NCBI GenBank assembly: GCA_030141605.1
Contig: JAQGDQ010000429.1
Location: 135,160 to 199,159, forward strand
DNA length: 64,000 nucleotides
Direction of reading: 5' to 3'
DNA from: Tubiluchus corallicola
Taxonomy: Eukaryota; Animalia; Priapulida
Shown: in pieces, positions 1 through 13,900 of the stretch
Layout of the letters: every line of letters begins with the position of its first letter
Position numbering within the stretch: position 1 is the stretch's first letter
Made by a program: the position numbers and the translations under genes
The notes under the pieces: model-generated
Told to the model about the DNA's origin: nothing
The model's input: the letters and a program-made list of their open reading frames with translations, nothing else
The model's database searches: none

Positions 1-618
1 ATGTAGATTCGTGTCAAACTGCATGCCGGCTGGAGTTAGTGATTCACTGTTACACATTAATGGCTGCTTAGTTTATATATTAAGTAATTTCACTTAGTCA
101 CTGTGACTCTGAACTTAGCATGCATTGTCGTAATAGTGTGCAGTTTGGCACTATCTCTTTCTATAAATAGTTATTGAAATAATGTTTGTATTACATGCTA
201 GAGATTTCACTGTGCTTTTGGCATTCATGCACACACAATGCTACCTTTTCTTTTTAATTAAATAACCTTAACTAGTTAATTTACATCCATATACATGCAC
301 ACTAATTGTTACAGTATACGAGAATTTGTGTCAAATGATTGTTCACTACTATTTTTTTGACGTGTGTATTATTTACGGCATTAGTAATTACGAAGTATAA
401 GTTAGCCATGTGCTTTAGTACTGTAAAAACTGATGGAAAAAGTGTTGAAGATATTTGCACGAAAAATGTGTCCACGTTCCCATTCAGTGCAGCGTTTCAA
501 CCTGTGAAATTTATTACAATGTTAAGATGAAGTATTGTACAGATACTTGACACTTTTACATATCATTTCATTGCAAGTTTTGCTGCAACACCATTTATAT
601 ATATATGCATTATATGAT

Positions 619-957
619 CAGGGCCGTCTTAATAGCATTATAGGCCCCTGGGCAAAAAAGCAGTGCTCTGTAGACCCTACCTACACAACCACTCACAAGA
701 ATAAAAATGTAAATGGTCGATAAAATCAAACATAAAAAATGATATTTATTGTATTTCAGTGTTTACACTCGTAAACAAAATCTCTGTTTAAACATTAAAA
801 AACATACTGTGCAGCAAAGATTAATCAACACAAATGTTTGAATAATATAACATGAGCCTTTCTGTGCATAGATTTCTTTGGGCCCCTATGCTCATCCCCT
901 CACCCCCCCCCCCCCCCAGCCAACTGCCCAGTGTGCCCATGCATTAAGACAGCTCTG
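619..957. mobile_element. hAT-type non-autonomous element (MITE) in a CLIP intron
   Basis: Ends CAGGGCCGTCTTAA ... TTAAGACAGCTCTG form imperfect TIRs, flanked by a perfect 8-bp TSD TATATGAT (611-618, 958-965). Confidence 0.85.
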
Positions 958-1166
958 TATATGATTGCTGTACATTTAGTCTTAAATTTCAAAAGTTTTA
1001 ACATTTTCAGTCAGCAATACAGAAACCAAATCTCATCTTTTGGCACAAATTATCTGATGCTGTCACTTTTAATCTACACTCGCATAACCTCTTTCCATTC
1101 CTAGTTTGTGCCCTTGTGAACTGACAGCATGTTTCTGTAACTTTCCGTAACCCGTTCTTTTTTCAG

Positions 1167-4100
1167 TCGGGTTTTTTACAAGAAGGTATAACAAATGACG
1201 ATATGAAGCAGTTAGAGGTAGGTACTGACACACCTTTTAGATGATGCCTCGCATTCCTATTCAAATTCTTGTGCTCAGACTTGTTGGATATTGTAGAACT
1301 TGACTTTTTATGATTTGTTCCATCTGTTATGGTGTCTTCTTCACCTTGGTGTAACTTTTGTTAATAGTACTCAGGTGTAGCGGGTTTACCCTTGTTAACT
1401 GTACGCTAACTCGTTCTACTTTAACCTAGAGTAACAGCATGGCAGTACTATCTAGTTGCTACTTGATATCTTATAATTGTCTGTTAATTAACGGAGCTGA
1501 TTTTTTTAAATTCTGCTTTTTGAAAGTTATCTATATTGAAAGGACTTACTGTCAAGCAAAATTTGTTTTTAAATGATATAATTGAACACAGGGAAGTTGC
1601 TGGTTTATGGGAAAATTAAGTTTTTTTTGGAATTTCAGTTTTGTATAATCCTGTTTTTTATTTAATTTTTTTTTGTTTTCTGCTAGACTTTTGTTGCTTA
1701 ATTGTTTAATCGTGTCTGGGCAGGATGCTGGGGAAATAAGAATTAACATAACACAAATGTTTCTAATGCATATTGTATAATGAACCTTTTTGAAGCAACA
1801 TTTGCCTGGTCATAACAAACATATTTCTGGTCTATCTACTTGTTCAAAAGCCATATGCGTTCTTCGAAGACTTCCCTATCATAAATTCCTGTGTTAATTA
1901 AAAAACTCTCTTTCTTTGTAAACTTTTTTGTCAGTCAGTCTTTTGAATAACTCAAGCCGTTGGACATATGCTTTCTTGAATTGCAAACATAGCATTTACA
2001 TGAAAAATTCATCTAATTCTATTAGTATTTTCTCATTGAATTCCCATGTTAAAAGTCAAGAGAAATTTTTTAAAGCTGTTATGATAATAGACTTGCTGAC
2101 TTATCATTTTGTAGCTAATAATACCATTGAACAATATATTTGTTACTCTAAATTTTAGTTCTCTTTTTGCTAAACTGCTGTTGCAGCCATGATTCATTTT
2201 TATACAAAGAAAACAACTGCTATTAAAACTTTAACTAATAAAATTTTAAAAAAGCATGTCTCTAAATGTTTCAACTGCAGCCTACAGTCATCTTCATTGA
2301 TAGGCTACACAAACAAATGACCGGTTTTAAAGGTGGGAGATTACAGTACAGTAGGCAGAGCTGACAGTATGGTACAATTCTGTACTGCAAGCTCTGCCTT
2401 CAAAACTGGTTGTTTGTTTATGTAGTCTGTTGCTGAAGATGACTGCAGCTTGCAGTCGAAATGTTTGAAGACATATTTTTTCAACATTTTATAACTTGTA
2501 GTTTGTATAACTTGTATAAGTTTTAATAAAAGTTGTTTTCTTGTTATAATAATGCTGTCAGTGCCTGTATAAATTGATTTGGATTATTCATTTTTATTAT
2601 GCATTTTTGCTCAGAATCATAAGATTTGCCATTAAACAACAATTTTCAACTTTGCCACAAAAGTTTTAACTAGCATTCAAGTGATATCATGAAAATCATT
2701 GTTTTACAAAATACTTCTTATGTAAACATGATTGTAGTTTACAAGATTTAAAGCGTCTCTGTTTTACCGTTTCCAGGTCGATTTCCTGAACTCTGTAATC
2801 GTCGACATGCAACGAAAAAATGACGAGCTTTTGGCAAGGTTAAAGATTCTTGAGGTTGGTGGCGCCGATATAGACAACATCAATATTAGGTGAGAGCCTC
2901 ATTGTTAGACCCCATTTTTCAGTTGTAGCTTAACATTTTACATGGAGTTTTCACATTTGTATGAATCAATGGTAGGTTAATCCAGTTGCTGGAAAGCTGT
3001 GTGCTTCTGGCTAACCCATAGCCATAACTATGATTTATGATCTTGTGCAGCATAAAACTTCATTTAAATTTTACAGTTTGTAAAACTGGCATCTGATAAC
3101 TCTGTAATATTATTTCATTCTTTTTATTTACCTTTTATTTTACGTTTATTTCAGTACGTAAAAACTACCATAAAAGAATAAACAAAACCTAGTTAAAAAT
3201 CACAATTAAAATATTTACACAAAGAACAGAGGATTAGTAAACTAAACATGTAAAAAATGGTTAGTAAGTGTATATTCCCAATGGGCAAAAATATTCATAA
3301 AGTAAAAGGTTAAAATAACGTCAGTATTAAGAATAAAACTGCGTGTGACATAATTGCTTGAATTTAAATCTCACTGACAATGGCTAAAAGAATTTTTACA
3401 CAAAATGATCACAGCCATTTTCAGCACATGTTCTAGATGCTATTTTGCCCTTAATGTAAGCAAAAAACTTTGTCAACGCAAAATAGTAGGCGGCTTTTAA
3501 CTTGTAATAGTACCAAGATTAAAAGTGATCCACAGGTTAGAACAATAAAAAGTTGAGCGATAAAATTTAAGCAGAACGCATTTGACATTAGCAGAGAGAA
3601 CTAAAAAATATATAATAATAATATGTTGTGTAATATTTTCTCTAGTAGTTTGGCCTGGAAGAAGACTGTGCCCAATACTTTTTATGATGATTGAAATTTT
3701 ACTAACTTGCTATAAATGATAAATGTCAAACCATCGTACTTACATCAATCTGTGAATTTGAGACATTTAACAAACACATATTTAACTTGTTATTTAGACC
3801 TGGAAGTCCCAAACTGTCTGCACCTCGTATGTTTTGTGACATCTGCGATATGTTTGATCTCCATGACACCGAAGACTGTCCGGCACAGGCAATGTCCGAC
3901 TCCCCGCCACCGTCCAAGTTTCATGGTGACAGGAACAGTCAACGGCCGTATTGTGATATCTGTGAAGGTACGATTACGTGTAATTAGCTTTTATAAATGT
4001 TTATTAGTTTTTCAAACTTTAACGTGGCTCATTGTCCTGTTTATTGCTCAGCCTACATTTTCTTGCTTTCAAAAAAATTGACAAAATCATTTATAAAATT

Positions 4101-4786
4101 AGCCAGAGTTGTCATCATTGCCTAACGAGATCATCATTTCATTTATGTTTTTGAAGTATGAATCGGTATATAGAAGGTTTGTGTGATTTATTTTGCTCCA
4201 AGTCCTGATTTCTGTGATTTACAACTAACGAAGAGAAATTTTCAATTGTTCTCATTATAACAGAATTTATTTTTGTGGAATAAATTTGATAATTTGGTTG
4301 TGCACTTCATGCCATTTCTTGTGACTATACTTCAAAACACCAATTAGCCTGCAATTTTGTTTTTAATCAATGGCCATACTTTGTAACTTTAACAAATCAG
4401 TATCTGTTACACTTTTATTGTTATATGTAGCAACTACTGTTGAACTGCTAAAGGATAATGTGATTTTACCACATTTGTAAGCAACAGTGTAAGCAATTGT
4501 GTTCAGGATTCATGTGTCAGTCTTAAAAACTGTCTAATCTGTACCAATTAAACTATGTTTAAACTAAACTAACTATGGTGTGTGCATGTTCAAATTAAAT
4601 CGAAATCCCAAGTAAAAACAATTGAAAACAGTTAGCTTATTTTCAAATTATTTGGCGATAACCCAATTTAGTTATCTTTTTTATAAGCTAAGGAAATTAA
4701 GAAATGATTGGCAATGTAATTTACAATTTTGATTTACAGTTTTTGGACACTGGACTGCAGAATGTGACGATGAACAGACTTACTAA
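1167..4786 (+). CDS. CLIP1: CLIP-170/CLIP-190 (CAP-Gly domain linker protein, restin) 3' coding exons; gene starts left of the window
   Basis: Phase-consistent exons 1167-1217 ([17 protein letters not shown]), 2777-2889 ([19 protein letters not shown]..., matching the CLIP1 motif [15 protein letters not shown]), 3798-3967 ([20 protein letters not shown]...RPYCDICE) and 4740-4786 ([15 protein letters not shown]). All have ag/gt borders. Two C-terminal CCHC zinc knuckles and an EEY/F-type aromatic tail are typical of CLIP-170. Confidence 0.93.
2205..2545. repeat. Degenerate inverted repeat with a hammerhead-ribozyme-like core in each arm (probable Penelope-like element pLTR relic)
   Basis: Arms pair (tacagtcatcttca ~2283-2296 vs tgaagatgactgca 2434-2447). 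The right arm reads CTGAAGA-T-GACTGCA-gct-TGCAGTC-GAAA (2433-2461). The left arm on the - strand reads ATGAAGA-T-GACTGTAG-GCTGCAGTT-GAAAC. Confidence 0.55.
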
Positions 4787-5209
4787 GACAATGGCTGAAA
4801 GAGAAGAGTAGCTAAATACTAACCAAGATAGTAGCAGCGATACATTTAATCGTTCACTCACAGAACAGTAACTGTTGCCACTTTGGCTGATTCGGGTATT
4901 ATAGGCAAATTATGATTTTTAAGTTTAGCATAGCGATGTAAATGCTCTCTTACAGGCTTTTGTACGTTTTGTACTACTCTGAAATGTACTTTTTGTTTGT
5001 ACAGCTTATTTATACAACAGTGTAATTCATTTGTTCACTCATGTATCATCTAGATTGTGTGAAATGCACAAATATATTGTAAAAAACAACATAGCAGGGC
5101 TGACTGAAGGCACAAGAGCAGGACAGTTAAGTTCTCCGACTGTTGTGTTGAGTGGTGCAACGCATAAACATTACATTGTTATTGATGGATAAATTCAGTT
5201 TACTACCTA

Positions 5210-5869
5210 CAGTCTAGCCTCGTTATCTCGCCCCTCGTTATGCCGCCAAACTCGTCTCTCGCCATAGAAAGTACCAGGACGGATTTCCTGCTTTGATATT
5301 TACCTCGTTAAGTCGCCACCCTCGCCACGTCATGCTAGGATGAGTGCTTATGTAAACTATATTCGTTATGTCGCCAAACAGACAAACTCAGAGGTGAATC
5401 GATCAATACAAATACCGCGTGTCGATCAATATAACCGCGGTATGTAGACAATGCTGCTGTACTCGATAGACAGACATAATTAATCTAGTCTGTGTTGACT
5501 GCTTGCATGTATCATCAATGAAACAGTCGTCTCTTCTGAATTATTTCAGTCGTCAGTAACTCATTTGTGAACATTTCTAAATCTTTTGCTAAGTTTATTG
5601 CATTTAAGTGTATACTCGAAAAAGGTTTTTTAAATAAAGAAGTAACATTCTAAGATTATTTTTATGACATTTTTTCATTTCTGATTTAATGTTGATTGGT
5701 ATCATAATGCGAAATATATTTTATATGTACATAGAGGAACACTATGTTAATCAACTATTATGTATATACATATAGACTAACTTCGTTATATTCCCGTTAT
5801 CTCGCCATACTCGTCTCTCGCCAAAAATTTGCCCTATACGGACAGTGGCGAGATAACGAGACTAGACTG
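5210..5869. mobile_element. Tc1/mariner-superfamily (pogo/Tigger-like) MITE
   Basis: TA|CAGTCTAGCCTCGTTATCTCGCC ... GGCGAGATAACGAGACTAGACTG|TA: 23-bp TIR with one mismatch, TA TSD, and internal repeats of the CTCGTTAT/CTCGCC motif. Confidence 0.88.
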
Positions 5870-5940
5870 TATTTCTTAAGAGATTTGTACATGACTCCTG
5901 GGCTAGAAAATTATGTAAGACATTTTGCAAGGTTTTATTA

Positions 5941-6547
5941 GAGTGGGACCTCTATTATCCAGACGTATAATTGAAAAAGTCCAGAAAGTGCGACTTACCT
6001 AAGTTTTGCGCAAAATACAACCCCGTCTTTGCAATATCAGATGCAAAACTAGGAAAAACGTATGGGTACAGTATTTCCTCTGTTTATTCTTCACCAGTGA
6101 TTTTAGCTGTAATAGTTCCACCACAAAAAATAAAAATAATGCAACTACTCGGTAAGGAGGAAACCACAGAATTGGTCTTCGGAAATTGATTTTGCAGCAT
6201 TTATTACTACAGTTTGTTTCGCTTCTAACAACTTCACAATTAGCAAAATTATGGTTATGAAATGTATTTATTCGTGGAATGTATTGTGTCTGGCCACATT
6301 TTGTAACTGTCCACCAACATGGCAGTGCCCTATTCATATTAGTGTAGTTTTTCAATTACTGCAGATTTCTCTAGGAAAGGTAAAAAGGTTCTCCTATGAA
6401 ACAGCAGTTCAAGAGAAGGGAGCATAAAACCCCTCAGCACTTTATATCAGTAAATTATTAAGGTCAGAATGTATAAAAACTGTAGTATTGTAGTATTTGT
6501 GATCTAGCCCAGATGACCCAATATTCTGGATAATCGAGATGCTCCTG
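5941..6547. mobile_element. Older Tigger/pogo-like MITE
   Basis: TA|GAGTGGGACCTCTATTATCCAGA ... TCTGGATAATCGAGATGCTCCTG|TA; degenerate TIRs with TA flanks. Confidence 0.55.
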
Positions 6548-8699
6548 TATTTCTTACTATGCAGTATTGCTGCAGCTTGTTCATTATTTAGCACCTCAAC
6601 AACTCAAAATCAAGGACTAATGTTTGGAGTGTCTATATAGATTCTTAGAGTATGATAAATAAATCTTTATAATTTCTTGTGACTCTGAAACTGATGTATT
6701 GCTGTGTGTAATAACATTGCAAGGCCATCATGTAAAAAACTGTTAGTTTGAGTAATCTGCGTCTGTGGTGCTCATTTGTAAGTCAAATGAATTGTGTTTA
6801 TCAGTCCAAACACAGTCAGTTTTAATGACTCACATGGGCCTGAATTGAAGTCTTGTTGAATTATTAGGAGTGTGTAACTAGAGGTCACCTCATCAAGTTA
6901 TTGGTCTTAAAATGCTTGACTCTACTGAGTAATATTGAGTAAGCAGTTTATCAAATTCATTGTTGCAAATAATCATAATTGAATTTTTTCCGTTCATTTT
7001 TAAAGGAAAATCTGTAACCATCCGGTTGATACATTCTAGTATGTGTTCCAGCATTATGTAAGTTTGAATTATTTAAAGAAATTGTTTACAAGGATGTGTT
7101 GTGAAAGTAGATGATGATCAAATCGTTGGAAATTTCAAAAATTAATAGGATTGGCTTTTTTTGCAGTTGTCCTGGACCATATGTTGATCAGCGAGTTCTT
7201 TCCTAATTAATTATTTTTAAGCAATTTTTACTCGTTTAAACTAGGCTTATGGATGCCACTAATAATAAAAAACAAAATGCACATGATAAATGACTGTTTA
7301 TTAATAATTTAAACTTTGCAATTTTTGTAAATATGTTGATATAGTATTACTTTATCAAGCAATGTAATCCATTTATGGTAAAAATTTATTTATTGTTAAC
7401 TATACAATTCCTGTAGTTGTTAACTTTATTACTGGGTGCATTGTCGTTTTGTTATACTCGCTATAATGTTTTGTTTATGACTTTGTTATAAAATTATATT
7501 TATGAAAATGCTTATTTACAGACGTCAAATTTGTAAGATTTCTCAACTTTGTGTAGTGGTGTTTATCACAAAAATACATACCATCACACGTTGACAAAAT
7601 TATTCGTGACTTTTCCAAGCTTTGCAAAATTTTACAATATGAAATATCTCAACAACCATATTAACATGATTAATCATATAGCAGAGCTGAGTAAGCTAGG
7701 TGAAGTTTGCAGAAAGCAGGACCTGCTATGCACTTGTCACTATAATCACCAGAAGCATGCTGCAGACAATAGTGCAAACTACTGACAAAAATGTAAAGCT
7801 TTTGAATTATATCAGGTAGCACAAAAAACGTGCCCAAGTTTTGATCACAACATTTCAAGAAAGCAACGGAACTGCTTGAAAACTACCACACTGAGTTGCA
7901 GACGATTGCGTTTAACCCTTAGCCAACCAAGGGGTTTTTATATTACAATAAAGACCAAGCGAGGTATTTCATAAATTACCCTATGAAAGTTTTGTTTAAT
8001 ATGTATTACTAACTGGACAGAATAGCGAGCTGGTAATTGAGGCGCTCCTATTAGTACAAAGCCAAGTTCTGAGGCAAGATGGCATAGATATATGAGGGCA
8101 TAAGGGATAAGAAGAGGCTTTCCATCATTGCAATATATTGTTTATGCCATGTTATTTAGGCTTGGTTTTTCAGGTCTTGTGAAAATTTTTAAAAAAAGCT
8201 TAACGATGTTCATTGTTGAATTCTAAGACATCCATTTCGTCTTCACTTGCTGGATCTTTGAAAATTTCATCTTCATTAGGTTCAAGCTTAGTCACCTGTA
8301 CAGCTAAAATTCCTGCCATATCGCTAAATGAAGAAAGTCCACAAACTTTAATGTGAAATTTCCTCAACAGATTGTTAGAAGAATGGCTTTGCAGAACTGT
8401 AAGTAAATTCCAAAATTTTACCCACAGAAAAGACAAAGGGGTAATAAGCTACCCACATCAGGTAGTATCTAACACCCGTGCTTTGTAAAAAACCATGAAT
8501 AATACTTTTTAGCAAAACCAAGGTATTATGGCATAACAAATCGAAAAATAATTAATTGAAAATTTTACGTTGTCTGCATCAATATAAAAAATGTGAGCAA
8601 ACGCTCCTGGGGTAAATGAAGTCATTTCTTAGATTTTCCGAAATTACAGCAGTTTTAAAAAAATAAGTCCAAAAAAAGATTGTCACTATTATTAAAATT

Positions 8700-9143
8700 T
8701 ATAGGAAAAGTGCTCTGTGTCCACTTTTCAATGCAAACTGGATGAAGGTTATTTCTTCCAATAGCTGACACAGTTTATCATTTCCTTGAGGTGTATTTGG
8801 TCCCAGCACTCAACAATTTTTGCCTTCAGTTCTGCACTCTGGGATCAAACAACTCTGTGCATCCATCATACACAGTTTTCAAGGGAATTCCATGTACCAC
8901 AATCCAGATGATCAAGTCCCACGTTTACTGATAAATTTTTGATGATGATCAGCTGACAATGTTCTGGCATTTAAATTTTTAATATTCAAAAGCCTTTCGG
9001 CCATAACTTCAAAAAAAACTAAAACTATAAATTTGTTAACTGTAACAGGCAAAAACTATTGTGTTGTAATATCATGCTATGTTGGGTACTTGCTTCTAAT
9101 AGATATGCAGTCCAAAATTTGGCACATTTTTCCTGTGCCACCT
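8700..9143 (-). mobile_element. Tc1/mariner transposase C-terminal relic
   Basis: Broken - strand translation includes GLDHLDCGTWNSL (cf. DLNPLDYxxW) and AELKAKIVECWDQI. A TIR-like CAGGTGGCACAGGAAAAATGTGCC lies at about 9120-9143. Confidence 0.4.
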
Positions 9144-9885
9144 GACATTTGAACACAGTTTAGTGAATGCTTTACATGAAATAAAGTTTAATGACAGAAC
9201 TAAACTGCTCGGTAGCTTTACTAAGTTCACTATACTACAAACAAAATTTACTTTCCCGAACCACTGCAGTATAACTGAAAAAAATCGCTTTGTGTTGATT
9301 TATCAGATTATCATAGAATAAACAAATATGCAGCTGTAAACGACTTAATTATCAAACAACGTGTGTATCTATTACGTCATCAACATTTCTGCCTCCAAAA
9401 ATCAAACCAAAAAATGTCTACCATGTACAAAGCACTTAATGTTTTAAGAATTGTGCCAAACGAAATCAAATTGGTACAAATGCAGTAAGAAATATGTGTT
9501 TTACCCATAGTAATACATATACTATCCTCCTAAAAATTAGATAATACATATTCATTATGTAAGCAACCAAATACCATGCGTCATTATAATATCAATGACA
9601 AAAATAGAAGTGAGTGCACAATGTCAACCAGTAATAATCTTTGGTCTCAAAGTAAAACAAATAATTTCTTCTCATTCAACTAAGAAACAAAATTGCATAA
9701 GATGATGATTTCAATATAAAAATAATGATCATAGACACAATCTCCCAAATAAAAAAAACAAATACAAACTAAAACTGGATATGCAAAAGCAAACATGCCC
9801 ACACATTATACGAAATCATTAATTTATGTTAAAGCAAATATGAAAACTAGCATTTCAACTAAAGCACGCTGTATAAACATGAGAC

Positions 9886-10296
9886 CAGGGGGGACCCTTG
9901 TCAAAATTTGCGCCCCCCTGCAAAATCGGACAAATAAATTTTTTTGCAGTGAAAATTGCAGTTCGCATGTAATCATTTTCAATATGAATTAGAATTAGGT
10001 AAAAAAATGTTTGGTAGCTTCAGTGTATTAGTTTCTTAAAACTTTTGTGTGATAAATTTCTGTAAATAACAATTTAGTTAGAGGCACATTAATAACGTTA
10101 GGTTAACTGAGAGTTAATTTTCTCATTATTGCTCTGTCTGCTACGCCGTCCTACACATGCTAATTATAGGCCTGCATGCAGTATAAAAGGCGTTAAAATT
10201 GGCTTAACCATTATTTAACCACTTCGGATACCTCGCCCCCCCCCAGAAAATTTTTGCGCCCCCCCCCCCTGCTTGCCACATCTAGTTCCGGCCCTG
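9886..10296. mobile_element. hAT-type MITE
   Basis: Starts CAGGG and ends CCGGCCCTG, with subterminal GCGCCCCCC motifs and a perfect 8-bp TSD CATGAGAC (9878-9885, 10297-10304). Confidence 0.85.
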
Positions 10297-10483
10297 CATG
10301 AGACCCAACTAAAATTGGCAAGAAATGTAAGACTGAATTAAAAACTAAAATACATTACGTGAGAAAACGCAAAAGCTAAATTAAAGCCCTGTAGTGTGAA
10401 TTCTTACAAGCTTAAAGGCCAGAAAACATCTAACTTTTTATGTCTCAGTACACATTTTTTAGTTTTCTAATTTATCTCCTCTA

Positions 10484-10610
10484 ATAAGCCTTTTTGCAGC
10501 GATTGATGATGATCATGAAAAGGTCAAACGTTAGGTGAACCAAACAACGCATTTGTTTACACTTGACAACGCCTTGCAACCTCTGCTATTATAATAGTAA
10601 CAGTTCTTGG
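10484..10610. repeat. Dispersed repeat, copy 1 (copy 2 at about 21958-22090)
   Basis: ATAAGCCTTTT..CAGCGATTGA.GATGATCAT.AAAAGGTCAAA.GTTA.GTGAACCA is shared with 21958-22090. Confidence 0.7.
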
Positions 10611-10968
10611 CGTTAATTTTCGATTCAGTAATCTCATTTTACGTGGATTGCTGCTGCTATTTTGCTAGCTGGTTTCGGATATGAAAAAGTTCATACGTGT
10701 AGTATGATAATTAAAATAACTACATATTTCATAGGCTTCACCTAAATATAATTAAATATGATGGTGTAGTTAAGTAAGAAGCTGGGTTCACATGGCCTTT
10801 AACCTACAGCAACTATGCATGCACATAGTTAAACTGTGAAAAGGCACATTTGAAATCCTTTATATACGATCGTAAAGGAATGTTTATATCACATAATACG
10901 TAAAACTAAACTAAAATATTACCACAAATGCTTAGTGATGCAGTTTCCATTAGGTATTGCTCGTATCA

Positions 10969-13900
10969 TTAGTTTGATAGTACATTTTCCTTCTGGGCAG
11001 CGCGTTCGAAAGCTTGGAGGTGGTGTAAACATTTAACTCCCTGTGCTTCATTCACCTGCCGCTCCAAGTTTTGTATCTTTCTTTTCTGTTTATCAGATGT
11101 GCTATGTTGCTTTGTGAGCTCCTGTCAAATAAAAGAAATCATATGAACTGGAATGGCAGAAAACTTGTCAAATAATACAATGTAACTTGTAATGTTTGAA
11201 ACTTTAACTATAGCGAGTCCTTGCTATAGTTTCGTTCTACTGACACTAAACTTTTGACACTTATAATAATGATAATAATTTCATTAACGACATAGTCCAG
11301 GGATAACACCTTAAAAACTTGATACTTATTTCCAAGGCCATGCCAATTATTATGACCTGTATGTTATGTTGATAAAAGCAAGTGGTTGGTTGAAGAACTA
11401 TCGGTACCATTTTTAGGTCTTTGGTATAACACTGTCGGGAGTTGAACGTGCGACCTAACAGGTGGAAAGCAAGCACGCTACCACTGAGCTATGCCGCCAG
11501 GTAGCACAAATTTAGCATTTTTCATTTAACAAATGATTATTGATTTTTGCTCCTGGAATGCAATCACATGTTTTTGGTTTAAACTGGAAGGCATAGCCAT
11601 GTTTTATTTAATGTGAGTCTGCTGGAACACATTTGTACTGTCACGCAAGAACTTACTGTAACATAACTTTGTGCATAGAAAAGTTTGCTCATTTCAAAGA
11701 ACATACATTTTTTAACGCCAAATTCTCTTCCTTCAGTTTCAGAATGTGACGAATTTTCTGCTTTTTGTTCTGGTGACCAAGCAGCGAGGCATACTGCTGC
11801 GCCAACTTCTCTAATTCAAGTTGTTTGCTCTCATTCTCATTCAACAAAAATTCTTTCTCGGCTTCATACTCATCCAGTAAACTCTAAATGGAAGACAGTT
11901 AATTAGTTCTAATTAATTTGGTTATACGCAATAACACAGACAAGTATTCTTATGAAGACAAAAGACAATGCTGACAATTCCGGGAAACAAAGCTCTGTGC
12001 TAAAATTTTGGCATATCGGCCGGCTTCCTCCATGTGGCAAATTTATATAAGATCAAGGCTTGCCATGATGAATTGATAAGATATTACCAATAAATGTGTC
12101 TACAACAGCTTGCTTCAAATTGTATTTGAGGCTAACAACATATGCATGCATCTTTAACTTGCCTATAGAATACCGTCAAAATTTATTTATTAATTACTAT
12201 GGTACCATGGTACATATTTACTAAGGTACATAAAATTCACCTGTGGGTTACAGTTTTTGGCACTTAAATTTTTGTTATATGTTTAGACTGAATGTCACAT
12301 TTGAATTTGTCAAACGAATGATAAATACGGAACAAATTACACAATCAGTGTGCCAAATTTTAGGTCAAGGTAAAAATGTGGCTTTTTTGAGTAAATGAAA
12401 ACTGACTTTGAGCTGTAAAACCTGCATAAAATTCACTAGTGCCTGAAACAAGATTGCCATGAAAGATAAATTTGCTAAATCAAGCACAAGTCGGCTTGAA
12501 GGGTCAACAGTTAAAAGGCTCCCATTTGAGACGATCCTTTTCTGTCTCTTTTTTGTCAATGGTTCTGTTTTACTCCAAACCAACCTTACCCGAAAAGGCT
12601 CCGTTTTGGAAAGTAATGATGCATGTTCCGTTTTAAGATGTTCTTCTCGTTCGGTGCTTAATGACAATTGCAGTTCAACTAAATACAAACAGAAAGCATC
12701 GATTCTCTTTGGTAATCAAAATGCCGTAAATATAATTAAGAACAATAGTTACCATTACATACTTTGCCTCATTAATTATTATAATCTTAACACCAGGAAT
12801 ATTATTAGTAATAGTAGAAACCTAGAGTAAATAAATTTTCAAGCCAAATTTGAAAATATTGGAATGCAGCTTAGATCTGAATCAGAGATCATCTGCTTAT
12901 ATTGCAAACACCTTATAGTACTAGGATAACTAAGGCATCTAAAATTGGAAATGCTGAATTTGGTTGGCCAACTATAGTGGATGAACTCTGGACTACCTCG
13001 ACCACAGCAGAATGGGGTTGTCTAGCGGCGTAAGGAGCCTACAATGTTCGCAGATGACCATTAGTTTATTTCCAGGCTATATTTCAATTTACATTTCCTG
13101 TCTTTCAAGTTTGGTATAAAAATTTATTCATTTTGGGTTTAAGTTTGTAACATTACTTGGTTAATGACGTCTACATTGCTGGTGACATTGCTGCCAAATC
13201 TTTTATTCGAATATAGTCACTGCCAGCAGCACAGACTAACTAAAATGCATAGATTCTAACTATAGAAGCTGAACCTTTGCCTAGAAAATTTGATGAACCA
13301 TCTTCAATAACCTAACATATGGCGTCAATTCAAGTGTGCAAAAATTATTCACACTTATTCCAAAAATAGTTTATGTACCCCACATCCTTTAATTTTCTTT
13401 GCAGTCATCAAATGTTATCATACAAAGTAAGGTCACATCTCCGTAATATATGCAACAATAGGAATGCTTTTTACCACGCTCTCTAGACTAGAAAAATTCT
13501 GTCAAAATACCTTCGTGAAGCTGAGTTTCCAACTGCTGGTTTTGTTCTCGAATTTGTAAAATTTGTTGTTCTAAATCCCTACAGTGACTCGAAGCAGATA
13601 AATGATCTTCCTAGATAAGAACAAGTACTAGATATGTATCAATCAATACTTTATGATGGACAAAATGAGCAAGGTGCAGTTTAGACTAACTGACAACCAA
13701 GTCTGTTTACAAATGAAAGCAATGAAAAAGCATGAAAATTTTTAATAGTCCTTGAGAACTAAACCTAGAACATTAGCATTCCAAGCAGTACTGTGCTAAC
13801 TAGCACACTACACAAATGTGAAAAAAGCGTGTAAGAAGATGAACACATATTTTGCTTCAAACTTTAGGAAATCTTTCAAGATAGCATGTGTTATGAAAAC

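Noticed and set aside
7912-7935. piggyBac end (TTAA CCCTT)
   Set aside because: No matching opposite terminus or transposase was found.
11425-11498. Functional tRNA gene
   Set aside because: Boxes A and B are present, but the acceptor and anticodon stems do not pair and the sequence continues into a SINE body and tail.
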